Source: a virus
Lineage: Duplodnaviria; Caudoviricetes
Strand: one strand, 5' to 3'
DNA length: 64,000 bases
IMG/VR virus record: IMGVR_UViG_3300032030_000005
Span: 160,001-224,000 of that record
This document shows, in pieces, positions 10,554 through 21,600 of this stretch (the stretch's first letter is position 1; each line of letters starts with the position of its first letter). The position numbers and the translations under genes are program-made. Below the pieces are notes generated by a model. That model did not search any database. It had not been told where the DNA came from and worked only from the letters and a program-made list of their open reading frames with translations.

Positions 10554-11075
10554 TTAATTCTCCAAATTATTATACAGTAAAAGTTCAGAAACTCTTGCAT
10601 CATTATTTAGATGAATAATTACTCCTAAAAGTTCTTCTTTTAGAAATTTATATTCTATATATTCGCCTTTTTCAAACTTAAAATCATCTGCTATTTTATT
10701 TACCTTTTTATTACTAGCATATATTTGTAAATTACTTATAAAATCAGCAGCCATTTCTAATATGGTGTGATATATATCTTTAATAATTTCTGATGTTTCA
10801 TCTTCATCAGTTACAGTTATTATTTTGAATATACTATATTCACAATGTAAAACCATTTTATAAATAAATGATCTTAATTCTAGTCTTGAATCAAAACCAT
10901 CATAATCAGCATATGAAAGTTTATTATCAAAAACAAAAATATCATACTTTTGTAAGTCACTAATAAGTTCTTTATTTTCATCCCTATACAATACTAAAGT
11001 TAGATCTAAAAAACTAACTCTTTTTGGTTTAATAAATAAATTATCTTTATATTTTTCTAATTCTCTATCTTCCAT
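10554..11075 (-). CDS. hypothetical protein, tandem paralog array A
   Basis: Ends IHLNNDARVSELLLYNNLEN; AGGAGG SD. Confidence 0.75.
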   Translation of the reverse strand: MEDRELEKYKDNLFIKPKRVSFLDLTLVLYRDENKELISDLQKYDIFVFDNKLSYADYDGFDSRLELRSFIYKMVLHCEYSIFKIITVTDEDETSEIIKDIYHTILEMAADFISNLQIYASNKKVNKIADDFKFEKGEYIEYKFLKEELLGVIIHLNNDARVSELLLYNNLEN

Positions 11076-11084
11076 TTTAACCTC

Positions 11085-11555
11085 CTAAATGTAAGAATAT
11101 CTATCTCCGTCTAATGTATTTAATAGATAAAGTTCAGCCTTTCCAGCCTCTGTTAAATCCAAATGTATATGTATTATATGTCCATCAGCATAAGTTATAT
11201 ACATTTTTTCATCTTTTTTAAAGGCATAATCTGCATCCAGATATGGTATTGGTATCATTAGTGGATCTTTATTAATAGTGATTTTTAGATATTCACTAAA
11301 AAGATTAAATATATTTGCAGTTATATCTATATCAAGATTAACACCTTCAATGTTTTTTAATAGAAATTTAGCACTGAAGCCATAATTATCTTCATAATTT
11401 GAATATGCCACAGTTTGTATAAAATTACTATTAAAATACTCAATCATCTTTTTATTTTCTAATACATAAAGATCTGCCTTTGGCACTTTAAAATTATATT
11501 TATACATGTAATTCATCATTGACTCTGGATAATTACCAAAATTAAATACTGACAT
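11085..11555 (-). CDS. hypothetical protein, tandem paralog array A (first gene)
   Basis: Likely start ATG 11555 after GAAAGGAAG; IHL...KAELYLLNTL; early motif at 11581-11589(-). Confidence 0.75.
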   Translation of the reverse strand: MSVFNFGNYPESMMNYMYKYNFKVPKADLYVLENKKMIEYFNSNFIQTVAYSNYEDNYGFSAKFLLKNIEGVNLDIDITANIFNLFSEYLKITINKDPLMIPIPYLDADYAFKKDEKMYITYADGHIIHIHLDLTEAGKAELYLLNTLDGDRYSYI

Positions 11556-11659
11556 ATTTATAACACTTCCTTTCATGGTTATAATATATGCTTAAAATAT
11601 TAAATTAAAATAGTTAATTCAACAAACATTTATATTTTTGTACTATTTTATATAAAGAG

Positions 11660-12598
11660 GTGTATTTTATGAAACGATTAACTGATTCAGCTATATTCTC
11701 TAAGTTAATTAATAATGGTGAATTAATTAAGAAGATGAAATTAATAGTATCTCAGAACGGTATTACTTTATTAACACCAAAAGATTTAGAGATTCCTTAT
11801 GCTGATATAAATAAAAGAATTAAATATTCAACTAAACAGCCTATCATGAATATGGTTGCTAAGGGAACTATTGTTCCATTTAGAGATGTCGCTACTAAGA
11901 CTCCTTCATATCTTCCAACTGTAACCGGTAAGGGAACTAACGGTGACTATGTAATATATGTTAACCTTGAAAGATATATGAATAGTTCTGGAGAGATTTA
12001 TCCTAAGACATTATTTGCTTTACTTCAGGAAGCCATGGTATCTTATGAATTTGCTAAAAAGTGGGATGTATATACAAACAATCTTGACTTTGTAAAGGAT
12101 ATTAGCTTTATATATTCAAGAATTACTACAAAGATATTAGATAAAGTATTTGCATTAGACTTAGATACCTTTAATTCAGATTTACTTTCATTCATTTTTG
12201 CAAAGTTCTGCATTATTAATATGTGTGAAAGAACTGATAATGATTTAAATGATAATATTGCTTATAAATGTTGTTTTAATAAGTCATCATTAGATATGAT
12301 TAAACAAGAAGAAGAATCTATTAGTCCTAATAGATATAATTCATTCTTTGAATTAATTGATGCCATTAAAGAGATTAAGACAATTAAGAATATTAATTTA
12401 AGAACGTTTGTAGAAAACTTTACTCGTATGTATGGTGAAAGTAGCTTATTAGCGTTAGACTATTTACCAGCTTTAATGCAAGTATTAACAAGTACAGCTA
12501 TTGGTGGTGGATTAACTAAGGACTATATGTACGAAAGTGTTGCAGGTAGATATATTGATAATCTATATATTACTTTCTCAAAATTAATTACTTATTAA
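11660..12598 (+). CDS. hypothetical protein, probable virion/structural module
   Basis: 312-aa ORF behind AACA-N6-TA motif (11621), directly upstream of the giant gene. Confidence 0.7.
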   Translation: MYFMKRLTDSAIFSKLINNGELIKKMKLIVSQNGITLLTPKDLEIPYADINKRIKYSTKQPIMNMVAKGTIVPFRDVATKTPSYLPTVTGKGTNGDYVIYVNLERYMNSSGEIYPKTLFALLQEAMVSYEFAKKWDVYTNNLDFVKDISFIYSRITTKILDKVFALDLDTFNSDLLSFIFAKFCIINMCERTDNDLNDNIAYKCCFNKSSLDMIKQEEESISPNRYNSFFELIDAIKEIKTIKNINLRTFVENFTRMYGESSLLALDYLPALMQVLTSTAIGGGLTKDYMYESVAGRYIDNLYITFSKLITY

Positions 12599-12623
12599 TA
12601 ATTAATAGGAGGTGTAAGATAAC

Positions 12624-15600
12624 ATGAGTAATAAAAAAGATGGTATCTTTTCACTTATCGATGAAAAGAATTTTAGTTATAGAAACTATAATAATGAAAC
12701 CGATCACTATACTTATAAAATAGATAAAATTTTTAATTACGACAGTTATCTTTTCGTCCTTTTTAGTAAGTTATACTTAGAAAATAAATTGATAGGTGAT
12801 TCCGTAACAAGGAATCACCTTTATTTAATAACTATTGAAAAGAATGGAAGGGAAATAACTGATACTACGGCTTTAGAAAAAGAATTATTTGAATTAATAG
12901 ACAATAATAAAGTAGTAGATTTATATGCTGGTAAGTATAAAGCTACTATTATTATAAATAATTCTGCTTTTAATGCTACTATTTCTAAGATTACTTCCGA
13001 TCCTGCAGAAGGTAATCCTTGGGCTAGAGTATATAGAAAGTTAAAGGCGACTTCAGATTTAACAGAAGTTTCATTTAAAAAGATTAATACAAATCTCAAT
13101 GATACTGTACATATTATAGATGATGAGCCAATTACTATCACTAATGAAAAAGATGAATATACATATGCAGACATAGATCAATTCATTACATTATATCATA
13201 ATATACCAACTAATAATGGTACTATAGACATGTATGGTACAAATTCAGGAAGAATTGGTATAAATAATATTACATCTAACACTATTACTGAAGAGGAAAG
13301 AGCTCAATTAACAAATATTAATGACTCTAACAGAATGCTTTATAACTATGAATATTATTGGGATAGTTCTATTGAATCTGAAGACTATTCAGTAGACATG
13401 AAGTTCTTTAATCAGTTCTTATATAATAGAGACTACAATGATAATACATTAATGGGTGATATGAATACATTAAAAATATTCCCATATTATGAAAAGAACT
13501 ATTTTGGTGGATTAACTGTTGATGGTCGTACTAGTACTAATATTCATAATTATACTTATAAAGATAAAGCATTTATCACAGATTGTTTATTAACTACAAA
13601 TATAGATGATAACTATATCAATTTTAAATCATTAAATGCTTGTACATCTCAAGAATCAAAGGATATACCAATAGTATTTTTTAATCCATTATTAATGAGT
13701 CAATCAGAATTACTTGAAGTGGATAGTAAATTAATATATCGTGAAGATGATAAAATTATTGATAATTATATATCTACGGATTATAAAACTAAAACTGCAA
13801 AATATATGCCATATAGTCTTTACTCTTATTCAAGTAAATATAATACATCTGGTATATTACAATATATTGATATAACGGCTGAAATGACAAATGTATTAAC
13901 TTCATTAGAAGTTAAAAATTATTTACAGCCTATAAAAGTATTCTATAATTATTATTTTTTATATGATCCGACAACACATAAGCTTGAACAAAGAAAACTT
14001 TTAAGTAAAATTCACTTTAATAATGAAGATATTAAAATAGAAACGGATTTTGACTGGGTAAATGCTAGTATCTCTAAAATTACTATTAATGAAACAACTG
14101 TTAATATAGAACATTCAACAATAGAAATGAATTATCGTTTAGCTTTCTTTACTGATAGTTTTAATGAAATTTTAGCAGGTAATAATATCTTTATTCTTCC
14201 TAGATTAGATCCAATAACATATAATGACTTATTAGATGATAAGAATTCTCAAGAAAATGCTATGGTTTGTTATATAGAAGAAGTAGATATGAGTTCTGTA
14301 GATAATTCAACATTACCATTCTATACAATTAAACAATACGTGTATAATAGTGCAGATCATGAATGGACATTAGATGATGATATTATAATGATGATTATTC
14401 CAAAGGATTCTAATTGTAATATTAAAATGAATAATTTAAGAATGAACGTTCCAACAACAAGTTCAAATATTAGTGGTTGTAGAGTTGAACGTTTTAAATA
14501 TTATGATCCTAATGAAATAGGTGTATGGGCAGAATTAGATAAACAAACTACAGATGAAACTTTCTTCTATATGAATAATCCGTTAATTAAGAAAGATACA
14601 AAAACATTTATTAATGCAACTTCTGTAGACAATGTATTTTATAATACAAATAATACAACATCTGTTAAATATACAAATAATACGTCTGTGTATAATATAG
14701 AAAGAGAATTAAATGATCTTTATCCAAATGTATCTTATGATAGTCAATTAGTAAACTTTAATAATTTTGGTAAAGATAATAAATACAAGAATACTTCTTT
14801 ACCAGCTTATTTAGTTGATATAGACGGTGAAGGAACATTCTATGATGGTAGATTATTATATAATAATGAAAATGATAATGAGAAAAAATTAAGAAATAAC
14901 TATAATACTACATTTGAAAATATTGTTAATCATTATATGACTGTACCTGGACGTTCTCCATTTGATCGTTTTGAAGAAGTACTTAAAGAATTAAATCCAT
15001 TATTTAACATTAATAAGACTTATTTATATCTTATTTCAAAAGGTGTTAATTGTTCGGGCATATATTATAATACAAGTGGTGTTATAAATACTACAACTGA
15101 TACTTTAGAGTCTGATAAATATTTTATTTTAGATAGAATTAATATATCTAATTTAAAAGAGTTTTCAAAATTAGCAAATATTACATTAGAAAATATAGAG
15201 GATATAACACTTAAAACTAATTATCCAATATATTATAAATTTGAAGATATAACTATTAAAACTATAGCAAATTATTATCAAAGTCTTCTTGAATTATTAA
15301 TTCGTATATCGGCAGATGATAGTATAGAATTATTATTTACTAACAATGAATACGATATGAGTACAACAATAATGAATTCTTTAACAATGAAAACATCTGT
15401 TAAACCATTCGAAAGTATTAATGCTGCATACATTTTAAGTAGACATTATTTTTATGATGGAGCTGTTTCTATTAAAGATCTTATTACATTTGGTATTAGA
15501 GATAATCATTTAATATATGAAGGTATATATAATGAAGAAAATAAATATATCTTAAGAAATAAATTTATCAAATCTAGTAGAGAAATAGATCCTCAAAATC

Positions 15601-18600
15601 AGTCAGATCATGATTTTGTTGAGCCATATTATTGGACTGATACTAATATGAAGCAAGTAAAAAATAATAATCCATTTATTGTTGACACTAATAGGATATA
15701 TTCAAGAGGATATAACTTTAATGAATTTGAATCTAATGGTGTTCCTAAATTAAATGCATATGGTATTTCTGAAGGTTATTTTAGATCTCAAAAGACAGCG
15801 TCTGAATATTTTGAAGACAATAACATTAGTTGTTTAATTAATGTAAACTTAGCAGATGATGTTATTGAAATATATCATACTAAACATACAATAACTGAAA
15901 CTGTTGATCACACTTTATTATTAAATCCAGATATTCCGGCAATTTTCTTAGATGAAGTAAAAAATAATGCTTCAACTAATTCTATTACAAATCAAACATT
16001 TATGGAATTAGCATTTAGCGGATATGGAAATAGTGGTAGCAGTTCTTGCAAAATATGTGCTACTTTATTAGCTCAAGTTGCAGTATTAGAGCAGCTTGAT
16101 AAATTCTATCTTGTTGATAGAAATAATAAAATGTGTGTATATATTGTTGAATATACTGTAAATGGTTCAACTTCTTCATTAAGAATCACTAAATTAATGA
16201 ATGAAGCAAAAGTTGTTGATATTATAGCTAATACTTATTATGGTAAATTAGATATAAATTTAACTAATATGAGCACAACCATTACAACTCCAACAACTAC
16301 AGTTCCAGATCTTGGTTTAAGAACTACATATATTAAAGATACTGGTAAGAAATATATCACTATAAATACAAGTAATTTATCATATAGAAAATTAATTACA
16401 CAATCATATAATAATACCACTATTGATAAAATTAAAGCGGCTAGACATATTTCAATAATAACACCTAATAATGAAAAAGTATATTTCCTCGATCCGGATA
16501 AAGACTTTATAGGATTTGTTAGATTTGAAGACTGGGGAGATGTAGCAGATAAGTCAAATTGGGTTAACTATATAAAACCTGAAGATGCATTACCGTATAA
16601 GGTTGCTCATAATAAAGAATTTTATGTCGCAGGAGACGAGTCAATTGATTACATGTATGTAAATATATTAGATGAATCAACAATAACTCAAGATGATATA
16701 AGATTATCTAGCAAGAATTTTATCGAAGACTATTTATTAAATAGAAAAACATATATAACTTATTATACTAAAGTTGGTAATGATATAGCTTATAAATCTA
16801 TAAATAAAGATATAGATGAAAACTTTAATAAATATGTAATGGCTGTAGATTCAAGTCAACTATATATAACAACAAATGATAACTATGTAGATCATCTTAT
16901 AGGTACAAGTACTCCTAGCGAAACATTCTATATGACTTGTCGTTATGGTAAAGTATATGCTAATTTTGATTTGAATAGTATAACTGAAGATGAAAATTTT
17001 AAGAATTTCTTTAATATTACAGGTTATAGATATTTACCTTATACTAATTTCTATTCAACAAAGTTTATCTTTGTAGATGATAGTAATAGTTCTAGAGAAA
17101 GTTCTAAACAAATAGCAGTCTTAAAGAATAATGGTATCGTAACATTAGACGCCCAACAGTTCTTATTAGATCCGGACACTGCTATTTTTAACTTTAAGTT
17201 CTTACATGAAAATAATGATATCTATAAATACTATACAACATTTGAAGATAAACTATATGCTGTAGATGGTCATAAGAAAACATTATCTAATGCACCTAAG
17301 GCTATATATGAAATAGCCTTTGATGAAAATAATTTATTAACGGCAGATATAAATGTTTATATGACAAATGAAGAAATAGATGTTAAATATAATTATATAG
17401 ACTATTTAAATTTATTAGATAATAATATACCTTTCTATAAGATTAATTACAATTATAGCTCTAATAATGAAGATAGTGTACCAAACTATGTTTATTATGC
17501 ATATTCAGTAAATAATACTATTGTAATAGTAAGAACTGTATTATCTGCTGCACCTAGTGCTGGATATGCTGAAATTATGGCTGTATTAAAATTTGAAGAT
17601 AATATTATCTTAACAGGTACGGATACTTTCATAATGGCTATTCAGGATAAATGGACTTATGATTTAGAAGATAAGAAGTATAGATATAAAACAGCTTATA
17701 GTATTTTAAAGTATGAAGATATTATGCAGAATTTATATGAAAATCTTAATTCTGAAAAATCTTCATTATATAATATTACAACAAATCTTACATTTAAAAA
17801 CAATATGCTTGTTTTAAAGGATACTTTAATCGATGATACTTCTATTATTGATGAAAATAAATCAGACTATTATAATACTGTAAATCAAACTGTTATTACT
17901 GATAATTTATTAGAAATTAACAATGTTACATTATATAATATTCATAAATTTGCTGGTTCTACATCTTCTAAAGAAGAATATAGAATCTTTGTATGTAGTA
18001 ATGGCCGTATTTTAGTTTCTAATACTATATTTAATAATACTAATGAAACTGTAGAAATGGTTGATTTCTATACAATAAATGGTAGAGTTAATAATATTTA
18101 TATGGAAACATGTGATGTTGATAATAATGATATCATGTGTGTGGCATCTGATAAAAATGAACTTTATATCTTTAAGAATTTATTTAAAGTAACAAATCCA
18201 GACTATGCTAACGAATATGAAAAGTATTTTGGTGGCGAATTAACAAAGACTTCATTAAAATATAAATATAATTTTAATAATGAAGCTATTGACTTAAAGA
18301 ATGTAACTCCTGATGATGAAAGATCTGCTTATTATAGAGAGACATTAACACCTACTATATTGAATATAGGAAGTTCTATTGATGATATTTCTGTTTGCGA
18401 ACAATATTTAAATACTCTTAATAAGAGTCTCATAAATGTTACAGATAATAAGATAGAATTCGTTAACAGTATTAAATACTTCAAATTATTAAGTAATGCA
18501 TTTATTTCTAATGATATTAATATAGATAATAATAGTATAAATACAGATGGTACTGATGACGAAGATACTTATATTAAATTAGAAAATGTTGCAAATACAT

Positions 18601-21600
18601 TAAATATTGAAAATACTGATAAAGCAACTTTCTTAAATATGAGAGTTAATATCAATAATAAAAATATCCCTGAAAATGATAGATACTATGAATTTGATTA
18701 TCAGTTAATTTCAACATCAACTCCTATAGATCCTGATGATTATGTATTTAATGAGCACAATCTTGTTAAAAATTCAGTTATCTTTGAAGAAAATGATATT
18801 TATAAGAATGTATATGTATATATGCCTCGTACATTACTTGAAAAAGGTAGCTTTAATTTCATGAAAGATGAGAATGATGCTATTATTAAAAGAAATGAAA
18901 AGACATATTTAATTAACTATAAAAATGTATTAGACCCATCATTCGATAACAGTATCGTTGAAAATTATGCAAATATTATTAAAAATAATACATCTGATCT
19001 TTATAGTATACCAGCTAAACTTAATTATAAGATTATAGATAATTATTTCCCTAATAATGCTAATACATATACAGTTACTAAACTTCCTTATAAATTTAAT
19101 ACTAGAGATTATTTCATTGCTAATATAAATAATGGTATTGAAGATATTAATCGTTTGTATTTTAGATGGAGATATATTGGTGATCTTCCTATTAATAAGA
19201 AAACTACAAGTAGTGATCCTTCAATATACGATGATGATGAAGTTAAAGAAACAGAATATGATTATTATGTGTTATCATATATTCGTAAGGGATATGATAA
19301 TGAAGAAATTAATGAAAAGACAATTATAAAAGATGTTAGCAAAATGTTAAAGGGATATCTTTCAAGAACATTTGATGCTTCATATAGTGCTTATGATTTT
19401 ATGATTAATAAGCTTGATACATCTGAAGATTTTAAATGGGCATATATAAATATTCCTAAGAAAGCTACAAATTGTACTTTATTTAATATTATAGTGGCTA
19501 AACAAAAGTATAATTATGAACAACAAATACAAGGTGATCCACACTTTGATGATTTTAATGATACTTGTTGGTTTGATGAAATCTTATTTGAAGAAAGCAT
19601 AGACTATTCAGTATTTTTAAATATCAATAAACTTAAGAAGATTACTATTCCATATGAAAAAGTAAAAATTACATATGATGAATATATAGACTTCTTAGAG
19701 TATATGGAAAATTCTATAATATTTACTACTAGTAATTATAATTATAAAATAGAATTTGCATACCAACCAAATATTGATTATACTAATAAAAATAATAACC
19801 CTATAAATCTTATAGCTACTGAAAATATTAATAATGATAAAGATACATTAATGAGTAATGTATTTAATAAAATGATATTCATTCCAAAACATGACTTCTA
19901 TTTCCAATATTCAAATTTAGCTGAAGGTTCAGAATATGAATCAAGTTTAATTCCTATCAAAGTATATGGTGCATATAATAATAAGACAACAGATTACTGT
20001 CAATATTTTAATGCTGATTATATGGAATGGATTGGAGGAAGTATCCTTGGTGGAGGATATTATAGGCCATTAAATATTTATAGAGATTTTATTAAATGGA
20101 AATATAAATATAATACATATGATGAGTATGATAACTTCATCTGGAGTTTAATTTTAGAAGAAGCTGATATTCTTAATTTCAAGTTAAATCCTAATGATGG
20201 TTCATTTACTTTATATGATACTAAGATGAGCACTGATGTATGGTGGTATAATGATAATACTAATGAAAATTGGTGGGATAATTCTATTTATAGAAATATC
20301 TGGATAAATGAAAATTATATGCCACTTAAATCTACAACATTCTCAGAAGAAGTAAATGTTTATACTGATGAAATGTATAATAATGGTTTATCTTATAATA
20401 CTAGTGCTATTGGTTTATTAAATCTTTCAACAAATCTTAATGATATAACGCATCATGGTATTGAAAAACGTTTATTACCGACAGTATATATAGACGGATT
20501 AAAATTATTTAATGAATGCTATTATCATAAAGACTTAATGAATAACTGTCAGGATATATACATAGATCCAAGCAATGTTAGAAGTTATTTTGTTGATACA
20601 AATGAATTCCCATTCTTTAGTCGTTTAATAGGATTAATGAATACTGTAAATCAGAATCAAAAAGCATATTTAAAAGCTTATAATAAATGGATTGAAGAAG
20701 GTAGTTCATTATCTGATAAACCTGAAGAACCTAGTCATACAATTAACCTTAAAGATATACTTTCTAATATTGAAGTTAATACTAACTTTGGTTTAATTTC
20801 TGAACAAGAAAAATTAGTAGCTTATATAGAAGTTAAAGATAAGATAAATGAAACTGGAACGGTTACTAGAATTGTTAAATCTTTAAATAATGAAACCGGT
20901 GCATACTTTGTATCAGATTATTCAGAAACTAATATTAATGATGATTTAACAATTGATGAAAATAATCTTGTTGAACCTTCTGAAAATGTAATCTCTAATT
21001 GCTTAAATTTACAATTCGATGATCAATATATTAAGAATATTATTAACAATAATGATAGAATTAATATTTATATTTCTTATAGAAATGATATTGGTGGTAA
21101 ATATGCAAGAAGAATTAATCCTAAGTTTGTAAGCGTTAATATTGAAAACCAGAATATTAATTTACAAATTAGAGGTCTTTATACATATGAACATTTAAGT
21201 ACTATTTATATAGTAACAGGTGATATTAATAATCATAATATGTTCTTCAGGAATATTGATTCTGAAATAGAATATATTGATTTAGTAGAACTTGGTAGTA
21301 TGTCAGATGGTACATTATTTAAATGGTTATCATATGATACAATTGTATCTTCTAAAGATGTAGAAATTAATATGAATGGATATATCTTATATCCTGAAAT
21401 AGATTATACTATTATCAATAGTGAAGATAATGCTAATAACACAAATCTCATCATGTTCAGAAATAAAGTACCTTCAAATGGTAATATCAGTGTTGAAATA
21501 AATCTTAGACCAGACAGTCAATCTAAGTTAGTATATAAGACTAGTCAGGCTAAATCTATGTGTATCAATTATGTCAATAACTCTTATAAGAAAGTACCTA